Translations under genes and position numbers: made by a program
Origin: Marsupella aquatica
Lineage: Eukaryota; Plantae; Marchantiophyta
DNA: 64,000 bases
Assembly (NCBI GenBank): GCA_973895155.1
Contig: OZ316892.1
Coordinates: forward strand, 5,612,476 to 5,676,475
Direction of reading: 5' to 3'
Part shown: in pieces, positions 38,609 through 51,900 of the stretch
Layout: each line of letters opens with the position of its first letter
How positions within the stretch are numbered: the stretch's first letter is position 1
The notes under the pieces: generated by a model
What the model was told of the DNA's origin: nothing
The model's database searches: none
The model's input: only the letters and a program-made list of their open reading frames with translations

Positions 38609-39252
38609 CTGGAAAGAACGCAATGCGGCGGCTTACGATCAATCTCATGGTAAAATCCCTATCTGGGTGGTCCTATAGAGGACTGCGGACCATCTCAAAA
38701 ACATGCTTAGGTCCAGCAGCACTCCAAAAAAGAGCCGACAGATCCAAAGAACTACTCAAGAGTTGACTAACATTCTCCACATTGTGGATCAGACTGGTGA
38801 CACTGGGACCATTGACATAGGTAGTCATGAAGAGTAAACTCTGGGGCTTTGCTTACTGTGCTTGGACTAGCCTGGGGCATGCTAGGGAGGATTGTGTTGC
38901 CAAAATTGATAGTACTTTGTCTAGGAAGGACAACCAGGTTTTTTCCATGGAGAGTGGACAACCCAGTGCTCACTTGAAGGCCAGTGTTGGGAATAATGAG
39001 ATTAGTAAGGCCAATGTTGGGAATTATGGGATTAGTAAGTGGCTTGGGTTGGATAGGATGAGCCTTGGCGGATCTAGTTGGGATTGTGGCAAGGATCCTC
39101 TGCTCACGGAGGTTGGTTGCTACAGGTGGGTGCGGGGTGAGGGCTTTGGGGAGCCCCCCTCTCCCTGCGTGTTTGTGCTCTGTCCTTTTTGCCTGGGTGG
39201 GAATTACCCCCGGTGCTAACTGACGAGGCTGGCCCCCCTTCTTTGAAAAAAA
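38609..39252 (+). mobile_element. 5'-truncated second LINE inserted antisense into the host LINE RT
   Basis: 10-bp TSD AATGGGCCTT at 38599-608 and 39253-62; A-run at the 3' end; begins with the ORF2 C-terminal motif WKERN; removal restores YLTNKRPITLLNVVYKI. Confidence 0.88.
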
Positions 39253-42200
39253 AATGGGCCTTTTGTTGGTCAAGTACCACTGATCATCCTTCTTTTGTAG
39301 GAGTACAATGAATCCCCTAGTAATCGCATCAGAGAAAACCCCCTCAGCCATTTCTTGCATAAGCGCACCAAGCAGAGAGGGACCCACAGTGTCCCAATGC
39401 GCCATGAAAAACTCCACCGGTACCCCATCTAGACCCGGGCATTTGTTGCACACCAGCGCTGTCGTAGCCTTTCCAAGCTCCTCCAACGTGAAAGGCTCAT
39501 TCAACATCTCTTGGTCCTCCCTTGTGATCCTTGTTTTTTGCAGCTCCAGCGGGAGCTCCAGAACCCTTGCAATGTGTTCCCACTATGGACTCGCAGATTG
39601 GCCCAAGATATCCTTGAAAAAAGTAGTGGCAGTATCAGCCATCCCGTCCCAATCGCTGACTAGCAGATTCTCCTTAGTGAAAAGTTGAGTGATTTCGTTT
39701 TTCATGGCCAATCCTTTGAAAGTTCTGAAGAAAAGCTTGGAGCATTTTTCCCCATCGCCAATCCACCAGGACTGCAGAATGTAGTCCATCCACTGGACTT
39801 TCTCAGCCTCAAATTCCTGCACCAATGTTTCAGTCGCCTTCAGAGCATCTTGATTTTGAGCTATGTGTGGGTCCCTCTCAAATTGAAGCTATGCCTGGGT
39901 GAGCGATGTACGAAGTTGTGTTTCCCGCAAGCGTCTCTCCAGGGCCTTCCTTTTCCCCCAACTTCTGTCAAACTTCCGTGCCTTCCCCAGACAATGAACA
40001 AGAGTCTTAGCTGTCGATAAACCTCCCCTCCAACAAAGCTCTTCCTCTCTTTTCCACATTCTTTCCATGCGCTCCCGGTACTCCGCCTACTTCTGGTGGC
40101 TGACGTTCATGCGGTGTTGTGAGGGGTGCTTGACAGGCACCACCGGGGTGATCAAAGCAATGACAAGGGCATGATCCGACAAGGGGATCCCAGGAATAAT
40201 AGTGGAAGAGATATCAAATTTACCACTAACCCCCCTGGAGGCATAAATTCTGTGGAGCCTTCTCAAAACTTGGCCTTCCAGGTTTTGTAGTTCTTGCATG
40301 GCAAGGGCATGGCAAAATCTTCTCTTATTATCCCAACTGAAGCGGAGATGTCCTTGTTGCTCCTGGAATGAGTCCACTAGGTGAAGTTGCCTCATGAGAT
40401 GGCACCAAGCTCGCCTTTCACTGCCTGATATAGTTGTGCCTGGCCCCCAGGGCTCTGATCGGAAGATTGTTCAATCATATTAAAATCCCCCATAAGAATC
40501 TAGGTGAACGATGGGTCCAGCCGATTGAAAAGCTCCTGCCAGAGGTTCGTCCTCTCCCTAGCCAAGTTTGGTGCGTAGATTCCAAGAAGACCGACCTTGC
40601 CCAACCCATCATGCACCAAGCAACACCAAACAGCTCTCCCTGAGTCAATCACTCCCTACAAAATGACAAATTGACGGAGCACTGGTGTAATGGCAAGAGC
40701 TATACCCCCCTGGCCAGCATAAACGTTATCGTTTTGGATGGAGTGGGCTCCATCCGTCGCAGGCGCACAAACCCAGTGTGCAGATCTCCAAACCTCTTGC
40801 AATTTGCAGATTCTGCGAGCACGCAATTTATGCTCTTGAATACACACCACGTCAAGGATATGTTGCAGCTCCTCCAAGATGAAACGGGCTCAAAGTCTGC
40901 ATCTCCGGGAGGCTAAGCCCCGCATGTTGTATGTGAGAATTGTTAGTTTGCACATTGGGAGTCGGAGGGATTCTATGGCAGTGCGTACCTATATGTATAG
41001 GTTCTAATAAGCGCGGTCTTTTGGCAGGGGCGGGGGCAGGGGGTGTATGACCCCCAAGGAGAGAGGCAGCGGGTCTGAGTCAGTTGCAGAGGGTTCTCTC
41101 GAAAGCGGACATTTGCGTATAGTAACGTTTGTCCTGTCAAAAGGAGGTGGTGGGGATGTCGTTCTTTCAATAGGAATCACAGGTGCAATAGAAGACGTTA
41201 CCTCCACCTCGCCTGTTTGGGGCCTTGCAATCTGTGAGACGGGAGTTTCACAAACCTGTGTAGGAAGGACCACCCACACCTTTTTTTTGGGCCGTCTGTG
41301 GGTGATTGGAGTATGTTTGGGAGAGGTAGTATCAATTTGCACAATGGGGAGCATAGTAGATTTGTTGTGCGTAGGTTCCACACTGCCAATTCTCTCATTG
41401 GAATGGACAGCCTGCAGACTCCTGCTTGCACAAGATATATCGTCTGTAGTGTTGTCGCATTTCCTAGGATACTTGGTGGTGGCACCTCTATTCCTCTTCC
41501 GGGAAGATCTGTTGTGGTGATTACTGGAGGACCGGTGCATGGCAGAGGATGACGGGTGAGTACCACTCGTTGCCACCTTCTCTTTCTCCAGAGTAGCCGC
41601 TTGATGTGCTAGGTGTTGCAAGTCCAGTTCCTCCTTCTGATGTTCTTCAGCTCGCACCCTCCAGTAATCCGCCTCCTCTCTGGCCTTACGGGCCTTCTCC
41701 TAGTAATCGTGCAGCACCACTGCATCCAGTCGTACTCTTTGTTGTGTGGATGTTGCGATAGGGTGCTGGGCATCTTCTCCTGGGGCGTTGAAGTGGAATT
41801 TGTGGCCCTTGAAGATATCAGGTCGTGGCTGCTTGCACTTTGCTGCGTAATGCCTGTATGAGAAACAGAAGCAACATCAAAGATTTATGCTGCTGTAATC
41901 AAAGGAAACAGTGGTGACACCTGGGCGACTAAGTTGAAACTTACCGTGTGCTGGGAAGATTTTGAGTGTGGTTTCAACAATAGCTGAAATGTGCTGCCCC
42001 TCAATGCCTGGTGCTTGCTTTGCGTGTATGAGAACCGTCCGATGGGTGCCACAACGAATTTAATGTACTCGTAAATCTCAGGACTGCCTTGTGGAATGTA
42101 AACCGTTACCAAATGTTTGAAGTCCTTGGCGTTGCATGGGTCGAAGCTTGGCGTGTAGTCGTTCATGGCTGCAAATCTGTCAAGTGCTTTAATAGGGGAG

Positions 42201-43167
42201 GCACTCAAAAGATTTTTCTTGATGTGGTCCCCTACATTAGCGTCAAATTGCACTACAAAAAGAGCGTGAGCCAGCTCGTCATGTAGAGTCAGTTTGATTT
42301 CGTTCTCCTGATTGAAGGCCGAGATCCAGTCCTTGGCTTGTCTCAAACTGAATTTGGACTCGAAGCCAAGCACCACCTTATTCCCAAAAATCCTCCTTGT
42401 GCCTAGCTGAAGAATGTCCGTTGGAATATAGAAAATTTATGAATTCAGAACCGTGGGAATATTGGATGTTTGCTTACTAGAATGAGGTTTACTGGTCGCT
42501 GCATTCTAGATTGCTACATCGTGGCCAGCTGATGCAGATTGCTGTGATGCCGGTCTTGCAGTTTGTCGAGATTCGCAACTGGCCATACTCCTACCGAAGA
42601 GGGCAGCAGGTCAAATTGAAATGCAGGATCCCCCCCAGCCGTCCGCATAGTAGGTTTACCCAAATTAACAAAGCCAGGATCCACCACCAAAATTGACCGA
42701 GTTGGAGCTCCAGCTCAGTTAATCCAAGCTTGTCAATCGGTATTCGCTACTTCGATTGATACACCTAGTGTCAAATGCGAGCTTGGGTGCCAGGGTATAG
42801 GAAAATGCAACAATTTCAAACAATTTGTGTAAGTTCTTCATAAAAAATGGTGAGTTCTTGCAGACTGGAGGATTACGAAATGCTAAGCGAGATAATCTCC
42901 AGGTGTGTGGAAAAACTTCATGTTACCCCAAGTAAATCAGAGTTAGCTGTTGGTACTGGACAAAGGAAGGTAAACGTAATCCCGTCGTTAAGCTATCCGG
43001 TAAGGTAGGACAAAAGGCGTCGAGAGGCTGAGGATTGTCATGCGTTTGAAATTCATTCAAACGGTAGGGAGGGGAAGCCGGAAATATCGTGAGTTAACTT
43101 GCCCCATTCCCCCTAAGTCAAAAAACAATGAATTACCAGCCCAACCCAATAGCAAAAAAAGACTAAG

Positions 43168-43796
43168 TGTCACAGACCGTCCACCGGTCTTTGCCTCCCG
43201 TTCTCTCTCCCCTCAGCGGGTTACCCGGAGCGTCACATCGTGGCCCCCGAAAATCCAGTAGCCCGTGACTCTCCCAGTAGTTTGAGCTTAATTTAGGAGA
43301 TGAACTTAATTTAGGAGCTTGTGCTCTCTTCTCCACCCCAACTTTGACCTTTTTTTCGTGAGCTTGTGCTCTCTTTGTCAACTTTTTTGCTCTTGAGATT
43401 GTTGATGCTCTCCACCCTCGTCTCCACCCGAGCTTTGACTTCTAGTAAGGGGCACTTACAAGATGCGAGGGGCGGGGCGTTTGCTTGCTTTTCTACCAAA
43501 GTTGAGCCAGCAGCAGTATCACATCTACAGTGATTAAACCAGTATACCTGGGCTAAACGAGAATTTAGAAGACTTTTATTGCCCTCGAGGTCTTGCAAAG
43601 GGAACTCCGGAAGAAGGCTTTTATTATTTCTAGGAGTCACGAGAATCGAATTTATTATTGTCGTTGGTGGAATGTGCATGACCGGACCTATTCTTTGGTA
43701 GCTGCCGGTCATTTTTGTTTGATCAGATAACGTCTCTTTGTGTGACGTTAAATTTACGTCCTTTAAGACACGGTAATTTGTACGTCCTTTAAGACA
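43168..43796. mobile_element. Possible LTR fragment or solo LTR without TSD
   Basis: TGTC...GACA termini and internal short direct repeats (gagcttgtgctctct x2, tacgtcctttaagaca x2). The flanks (CTAAG/TGGCA) do not match. Confidence 0.35.
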
Positions 43797-43799
43797 TGG

Positions 43800-45280
43800 C
43801 AAGATCGATCTATTTGGACAATAGATTGAGAGTCTCCATTTTTGGACAGAAGTCTCCTTAGTTCCCACTCCAAGAAGGAGTTCACACGAAGATTATGTGT
43901 CAAAGGTACTACTTTTTACTACATTTGTTCCCTTGTTGCCCCGGATATGCAGACTAAATCAGTAGGGGGGTCCAATTGCCCTAGAAAAGAAAGTTGCCTT
44001 GTGTCTGAACAGATTGGAAACTGGGAATTACTTGTTAGGTTGTGCTGACCTACTTGGTACGAGTGAAGCTTTGGCAAGTGTTGTTGTGCGAGACTTCTGC
44101 CAGGCAGTAAAAAAATTGATTCACCCTCTTGTTGTTCCGAGAATCAAGTGCTCTCTCGGATAGCAGCCAAGTTTGAGCAAAAGCACGGTATACTTTCTTC
44201 AAGGGAGCCATTGTTGGCTCCAATGTCCCCATCATTGCACCCTCGATTGCACCTTCTGGTGATCCAGCACCCTTCTATAACAGGAAGGGATTGCTATCCA
44301 AGTTTGAGCAAAAGCACGGTATACCTTTCATCATGGGAGCCATTGATGGCTCCAATATCCCCATCATTGCACCTTCTGGTGATCTTGCACCCTTCTATAA
44401 CAGGAAGGAATTTTATTCTGCTTTGTTGTAGGGAATTGTTGACACATAGACAACTTACGGGACTGGGAATTTGGTTGGGGAGGCTCGCTTCATGATTTTA
44501 CCCTTGTTAACTCATGGAATGAAAACAATTTGTGGGTATTACCTGCCCTATAACTTTACGGGACTGGGAATTTGGTTGGGGAGGCTCGCTTCATGATTAT
44601 ACCCAGGTTGTTAACTCATGGGTTAGAATGAAAACAATTTGTGGGGATTATCTGCCCTATAAGCATATTAATGGTGATGGAGCCTATCCCTTCAGGACCT
44701 GTATGAATGTTCCTTTCAAAGGATTGAAAGAGTATCTTGACCCTGTGAGAGCCCATTGGAACTTTATCCAAAGTTCGACAAGAATGTGTGTAAACCTTGC
44801 ATTTGGGGTCTTGAAATGATGGTGGCAGATTTTATTGCAACGCATTGAAATGGGATTGGATCATGTGGCTGATCTAGCTGGAGCTTGCATCTGTTTGCAT
44901 AACTTGTGTGTTATGCACAAGGACTTTGTGGATGAGTCACTGGTAGAGAAAGCCAAAAAGTGGCTAATGGATCAGTAGATTCAGAGCTTATGGGATTTAA
45001 GACATGCAGGGACCAAGGAAATTTTTTACTATGGAAAATATGAAGTTAGTAGAGTTACCATTGATTTAGAGGAGCTTATTAGAGTGACTGGCTTAGCAAA
45101 CAAGGATGACCATGATGAGGTACATATTTTTTAGGAAAGCAGCTTTGAAAGCAGGGGTGACAAATAATGCATTGGGAGTTGGCCAAGACCTTGTTTGCTT
45201 GCCATTTGCGTGAAAATGTGAAAATGCCACATGGTTTCTATGAAGAGGACTCTGACCATTCTAGTATGGCAAGTGAGTAA
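43800..45280 (+). pseudogene. PIF/Harbinger (HARBI1-like, DDE_Tnp_4) transposase relic
   Basis: Across frames: EFTRRL..TTFYYICSLVAP, KKVALCLNRLETGN..CADLLG.SEALASVVVRDFC, GAIDGSNIPIIAP, FYNRK, FGWGGSLHD, GDGAYP, WNFIQSSTRMCVNLAFGVLK.WWQIL and ACICLHNLC. Multiple stops and two internal tandem duplications. Confidence 0.9.
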
Positions 45281-45842
45281 GGGAAGTTGTAGAAATCAGG
45301 TGACTGTGAAAATAGAATCATTTTACATACAAGACCGGGTTCGCAGCTTGTGACACTATGAGATAGTCACTCGTTTTGAGAAGCTGCTTAGTTTAGAAAA
45401 GTATGGTCATGTTACAAACAGATCATTTGTCTTTTTTATCATTCTGTGCTTGGTACAGACTTAGCATTGTAGCAGCGCTAAGCAAATTGAGAGGTCATCT
45501 GCGTCTAATAAAAAACAGACTTTGCTTACCCAAGTCTTGGGAGAATAGTCCCAAATGACTTCAACTACCTTAGTACTTAAAGAATAAATAGATAGTAACG
45601 CCAATTGCCTATGCCACAATTACAATTTGTCGAATAATTACACTTCTAATCTTGGAACAGAGCACTTCAATCTAGAATATTAGTTGTCTTATGAATATCA
45701 ATTATAGCTAGATGTTACCCGTATGAGTGACCATGTCAGCAATAGCAGAAGTGACCATATCCCTATTGCTCTTCTTTGACAGTTTGCTGGATTGAGAAGA
45801 GCTACTATGGATTGAGAAGAGCTACTATCAGGAGTGGGCAGA

Positions 45843-48800
45843 CTACCTTGGTCTGAACAAGTAGGTTTGCCCACCTCTCGTGAGGCAAGTAGTTCCCCTG
45901 GCCAAGACAAGAATCAAAAAAACAATTACCTTGTTTTTTGGCATTCCTTTCAAATTTGTCATCCATCTTCCCTGGGAAAGCAATGACTTGGATAACCTCT
46001 GGGTTTGTCCAGCGTAGTCACAAACTACTATCCTCCCCTTCTTCGTCTTCGTCCTTGAGTTGCACCACCTTTTGAGCCTTTTTGACTTAGTTTCTTTGCA
46101 TGGGGCCTCTAGGCTGCCCTTCTTCTTTTGGGTAGCGATCGCCATTTCTTGTCCAGGCCCCATGGCTTCCCGAATCATCCTGGCTGCTTCATCCTCTACC
46201 TCCCATGACATGGTAATAGGTGGAGTTCCGAATGTAAACTGTTTTGTGCCCCAGTTTTCCACAACTTTCGCAAGGTACAACCAGGGTCGTCCTATCAACA
46301 CCCTAAATGAGGTAGGGTTCACCGGCTTCATCACAATGTAATTAATGTTGAATGCAATACCACCAATCTCCGTGCGTATTCCTCGAAGAATACCTGTGGG
46401 AACTACCTGGTAGCCGTTAGCCATATTCAATACCCTACCAGTCAATTATGGTTTGAATCCCCAAGCCGCCGCTGTTGAATCAATGAGTATGCATACCCCA
46501 GACCCTCCATCGATTGGTACATGCATAACCTTTTCTTTATTGATGATGACTGGTAAGCAAGGGGCTCCCCTATCCTCCTAAATCATCATGACATGCGTAC
46601 GAGTGGCTACTCTAGGAAGCCTTGGCTTCCCGGCAATGGCTTTTTTCAATTGCTTCCGAAAATACGGGCTATTTTTTAATAATTGACCCACAGTAGCCGT
46701 AACGCTTGATTCCAACACATCCTTTGCCAAGTTGTATGGCACCAGCTGTTTCCCTGTGTCATCCTCCTGGGGTAATTTAATTGCTCTAAGAGGATTCTTC
46801 TGAGTTGGTAATGATTCTGGTTCCTTTGGTTCTAGAGGTGTGCTTGGTGAAGTCAGTGGTGACACACTTCTGTCCTCCACTGTTTCCATTGAAGCGGAAA
46901 CAATTTCCTCCTTCATTCGCTTGACAGCTCTCTTAATATCCTTCTGGAGTGCAACCTCATTCTCGTCCTTTTCCAGCTCTACCAACTGCTCCTTCACACT
47001 AGCCGTGACTGCCGGAAAAAATAAACTGGGATGCGTTCGATCAAAATCACTATCCTGGGAAGGACTGGGATCACCACGTACGACTTGCGGGTCCTCAGTG
47101 ACAGGGGCTTTGCCGCTAGAACCCGAAGACGTGGAATCAGACGCATCTTCCTTCCACTGCTTCTTTTTCTTGGTAATCCCCTCCCACCTTTGCTTCCTTC
47201 TGGTGGATCTAGTGGACACGCGGTAACAATCGGCATCAACTTCTTCTTCAGAATAAGTGGACAGGGCGTCTGCTTCATCGTTGGAAGGTGCAAATTCCCC
47301 TCGTGCTTCTTTACGCCATCCTAAGTCAATATGATTTACCTGGGCTCCTCCTGGCATAGTTCCTGCTGGCAGTACCTTTGGTGCGGGTTTGACAGGTACA
47401 GCAACCATCCCGGATAACCAAATAAGGCATTGGGTAAGTATATGCCCTTCTCCTTTGCAACCCATACAAAGCTTGACTGGCTGACCATCCGCCTGCTTCC
47501 TTGCATTGGTGCACTCCCGAGAGAAGTGACCTGGTTGACCACAATTATAGTATGCTGCAAATCTCTGAACATTTGGTTGTGGAGGTGTAGTTGGATTTTG
47601 AATGATACATCTCCCCTGCATTGGTTCTCAATGCTCCCCACAAAGAGGTGGGTCGGTTAGCCAAATCTCGGGCTCCGGCCTCACTGATGCCACACACACT
47701 ATCCGCGACATCTCCAAGTATGTACTCCACCTCCAACTCTCCTATCGTTCCCTCGGTTATCAATCGAACATTCTTTGTACCACGCTTTGGACAAACATCC
47801 TTGTGATGTCCGGTGGTATAACAGTGAGCGCACCATACTGAGGTGTCATCGGCTGCCTCCCTCTTCTTCGGCTGGGAGTTGGCTAATAATGTTTTTAACT
47901 GCTCTGTGATCGCTGTCAATTGATCCGGAGATGCTTTCTTAGGATCCAACTTGGTTTTCACCTTTTCTGCAACCTTCTCTTTCTTCTTGATTTTATTTTT
48001 TTTACTCTTTTCATCATCCTCCGAACTGGAAGATGTTTCACTCTTACTAGTATCACTCTCAGAGCTACAACTCTCCTCCTTGGCTTTCTTGGATCGCTTC
48101 TTCTTGGCCTTTTTCTTGCCTAATTCCTCGTCTGAAGATGAATCGTCAGATTTATAGTGTTCTTTTTGGCTCGTGATATCAGCATTGATGTATAGCTGAA
48201 TATCATGAATCACCTCTGCCAAAGACTCCGGATTCCCCTTCCAAATTGCGAAACTCATCTTCTGCGGTAGGGCATTAACCAACCAGTGCAACTGCATTTT
48301 GTCTGATGCATTGGTCTTGGTTCGTCGCACCAATTTGTGGAATCGCTCCAAAAATTTCCGAAAAGACTTGTTCTCCTTGAATTGAAGCCGTCCTAGCTTC
48401 AACATTGCCAATTCAGACGTCCCAATGGGACAAAATTCCTTGACAAACAGTTGCTTGAAGGTGACCCATTCATTCTATTCCCCTGGTTCCAAATTGGAGT
48501 ACCATGGTCGAGCCTCACCCTTAAACAACCCGGGTAAGATTTGCATCTTGATAGCAGACTCTCCATTAGCAGTTGCAGTCCCATCAAACTCCTCAAGCCA
48601 GTCATCCGGGTCCTCCTCATGCTTACCATGAAATGCCTTGTAATGGATTTGTGATCTCTGATTGAGCCGTGGTGCTGCTCGCCCACCAAATTGTGGATCC
48701 GGCTCACCCATCTCTTGCACCGGTGAACTGGGTTGGGTACTGGGCGAGTTACTACTCAACAGATCCCCTTCCTCGTTCTCCAGTTCCACTCCAAAAAGCA

Positions 48801-48925
48801 CTTTGTGAACCGCCGTTGCCAATTGCAGTCTTCACCCTCTTGGTCTCCTTCCACCTCACAATTTGCTGCAACCGCGCTTCTTCCCTCAGTGTTGCTCGCT
48901 CTTCCCGTGGTGTGAATTTGTTCAT
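45843..48925 (-). pseudogene. Ty3/gypsy (Tat-like) gag + aspartic protease, decayed; RT/RH/IN absent
   Basis: Retrotrans_gag-like FHGKHEEDPDDWLEEF..ATAN..GEARPWYSNL..WVTFKQLFVKEF; three CCHC knuckles (CAHCYTTGHHKDVC, YYNCGQPGHFSREC, CMGCKGEGHILTQC); protease PIDGGSG...MANG...LIGRPWL. Confidence 0.9.
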
Positions 48926-48966
48926 CACCTAACACTGCGTAACAAACAATTCACAAGTACGAATGC

Positions 48967-48984
48967 CCCCTCCATCTAGCGCCA
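48967..48984 (-). other. Primer-binding site (TGGCGCTAGATGGAGGGG), probably tRNA-Asn
   Basis: Lies 4 nt after the LTR terminus ...CCACA (48989). As recalled, it is complementary with about one mismatch to the 3' end of plant cytosolic tRNA-Asn(GUU) (...CCUCCUUCUAGCGCCA). Confidence 0.75.
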
Positions 48985-48988
48985 AAAA

Positions 48989-51900
48989 TGTGGTGCATTT
49001 TCCAAGACCTCTAACCCCAAGAACTACCCTCTACTTATCATAAACCACTTGTTTAGGTCTGTCCTCTTGCCGTATGGCAGCTATTTGGCTTGGAAACGCG
49101 ATCCTCTCCTTCAATCCACACTTACCGGACCAGTTCTTTCACTGGGCTTGTGAATTGTGCACAACTGAGACACCTAATTCCTCTTTAACTTCTTAAGGTA
49201 TATTTGTATTCAGCCCCTGGAATGTACCTCTACGGCTTAATTTCTTAAGCTGGCTGAAGGTCTTTTTCAGACGGACTCAACCCACACTTCACCGACTAAA
49301 CACTCTCAATCCTCACTTTTCTCTCAGAGTTTGATTGGGCAGTCTCCAATCAAGACAATGCGATTGTACTTTGCTCAACAGTTCACCCTATCTGACTTAA
49401 ATCGATCAAGCAACAGATATCACAACACTCAACTTCTTGGATGGCAAGAATCTGCAAACTAGGCAACGAGGCCAACTCAATTCAAACAATTGCTTAGAAA
49501 TCCAAGGGAACTGGTAGTTTACTGATATCCTGCGGTCTAGATTTAGCCGAGAGCTACTTGTGCTCACAACAATACAGATTTTACACTAAAGCCTTGACTA
49601 AGAAAACAACCCCTCCCAGCCACGCTGCCCGGGTTTTTATCCTTGCAGCATGACTGAAAGAAGCGCGGGAAGCCTACCCCTACAATCCTGCCTTGCCACC
49701 GCGATAATCCTCTTTATTGAACAAAAAACAAAACTAATTTGCCTAAGCCGGAAACCCGATGGATCCGGACCTCTAACACAATCGAACTATTCAAGCCGAC
49801 AGAGCGCTACTTGCCCTGTCCACATCCTACAACGGCCGTGCCCTCTTGGCCCAAGCCCTTCTCCTTCCGCCACGTCCTCCTTCCAACTGACGACTGGCCC
49901 GCCTTAATTGTCAAATGACCGGTGGTAATCCTGAGCCATCCGACTCTGCACCTTCCCCTGTACTCGGCTTCGGCTGACTACCCTCGGCCACATTAACTAC
50001 GGCTTCGGGTTCGGCCTCGGCTTCATCCTCCTCGGCAACGGCCTGGAGAGCTTTTGCCTTAACTTCCTCAATCCAAGCCTGCTCCCCGATGCGCTCGGTC
50101 TCGATAATCCACGGCTTCACGTTCTGGGCGTCCATAGAAGCAGTACCATCGTCTGAACCTATCACCGTAGCTCCAAGTTGATCCGCAGTACTTACCTCTA
50201 CCATAGCTGCCTTCAGGGCCACAGTACCGCAATGTGAGCGGCCATGCTCTCGACTTCCTCTGGAGTGGCTTTAAGGGGTTTAACTTTATTATCGCCCGGC
50301 CCCATGAACGTCTTTGCCAAATCTGCCACTAACTGCATGGCTTTGCCCCCAGTCATGCTTGACAACAGTGAGCTCGGCTTTGGCTTTGGCTTCACTGTAT
50401 TTCTGCCTACCATACTACTGACGGGCAGCCTTTCAGTTGGTGACCCATATCCCGCTTTGGCATACTTCTTCAATTTCTCTGTTTGATTGTCGGCACGCCT
50501 TTGCAACCCGATCATCTTATCCTTGGCCTCCTCCAACTCCTGAGATACGTCTTCAACTTCATCGTTAAGCCATAATATCTTAGCCTTGGCCGCCTTCAGC
50601 TCCTCATTTAAGATCTGCATGATCTCCAACTCTTGCTTATCTGCAGCTGCCTTCAAGGAGTTATTGATGGTTTCCAGCTTCGTGACCTCTTCCTTCCATG
50701 CCTTCTTTGTCTTCTCTATATCCCCCTAAAGCTCCTTGCGTATTTGTTGGGCTCGGCTTAGGTGATCATTGGCCGCTGTACTCAGGGCGTCCTCATGTTT
50801 CTCCCGCATGGCATCCAGCTGATCAAGTAGCTTTTCATGCTTCCCTTGGGCTACGGCCAAGACCTTCTCGCTCTGAGTGGTCTGGTCTTTAGCCGCCTTC
50901 CTAAGCCTATCGACTTGCCGATTAAGACCCTGTACCTCCTCCCTCGAATCGGCTAACTCCAGCTGCACCTTTGTCAATTTCTCTTTAATCTGCTGGTTAT
51001 CCAATTGGTAGTTGTCCAATTGGTTGTTCGCCATCTCTAATTCCTGCTACTTAGCCAAGAGATCCTGTTGTGCTTGTTGATTCACCCTTGATTTAGCCAC
51101 CTCTGTTTGCATGCTGCGAAGCCGAGCAATCACTTCCTCCTTCTTCAATTGCTCTAATGTCATTGCCTCCTCCAGTCTCGTCTGATCAGCCACTTCTTTT
51201 CTAAGAAATGGCCCGGATTCCAACTCGTTGCCAAAGATTTCTAAGGCTAAGAGTCCACACATGTCTCCATACTCCTTAGCTCGATTTCTTGTGTAGTTTG
51301 ACCTCCTAGGTGATACTGGCATCTGCCATCGGGGTCGTCTCTCCCAAGCCTCCTCTCTCAGCTGATCAAAGTCAGTGAGAGGTTTGGCCTGCTTCTCACT
51401 AAGCCGTCTTATTTCTTCCGGCCACTCTCCTCCTGGTAGCTGGCATTCCTGTTCTGCATTCCGGGCCCCCCACTCCTTAATCCTCTCTTGTAGCCCAGCT
51501 TCAGCTTCCTTCATCTTGTCAAATTCTAATGGCGTCACATCTGGTGGAGGAGATTCTGGTGTTTTCTGGTCCTCCGGCTTGCCATAGAAGACTACAAAAC
51601 CTTCCCATCATTCTAACTCCTGGCACCGGCCTCTCCCCGTGATCGACATAATCGTCGTCGTAGTCATCCACATTAACCTGACTGTACCTAGCATGCCGAC
51701 CTCTTCTCCAAAGCCCCCGATCTCTTCCTCCGAATATTGTTGGGCTGCTGTTGGTTGATTTTCCTCCACAGGTCCCTCCACTTGGGCTCTGTTAGAAGCT
51801 CTTAATACCGGCCTCTCCTGGCTTTGGCTTGACTCCTCATCTGTCTCCGAATCCATTTGCTCGTCATATTTCTTTCTCTCTTCGGTAGTCATCTTCCTCT

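Larger units (their letters stand above)
35676..40955 (-). pseudogene. LINE ORF2 (AP endonuclease - reverse transcriptase - CCHC zf-RVT), frameshifted and interrupted by two insertions
   Basis: APE motifs ILTYNMRGL, CIQEH and PLSDH. RT motifs KCPGLDG, RPITLLNVVYKI and KAFDKLEWPFL (both restored by removing the inserts), RQGCPLSPLLF and LYVDN (degenerate YADD); GGLGL; C-terminal CTQC..EDILHCIWSC and WKDR. Confidence 0.92.
35359..42586 (-). mobile_element. Decayed near full-length L1-clade LINE retrotransposon
   Basis: ORF1 remnant from ~42586 (MASCESRQ..., interrupted by stops). ORF2 from ATG 40955. A-rich tail on the minus strand (plus-strand T-rich tract 35359-35376). The 5' end and TSD were not identified. 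Confidence 0.9.

Noticed and set aside
38767-39507. 246-aa ORF as a novel RT fusion protein
   Set aside because: It is an artefact of the host LINE RT frame running into the antisense strand of the inserted truncated LINE.
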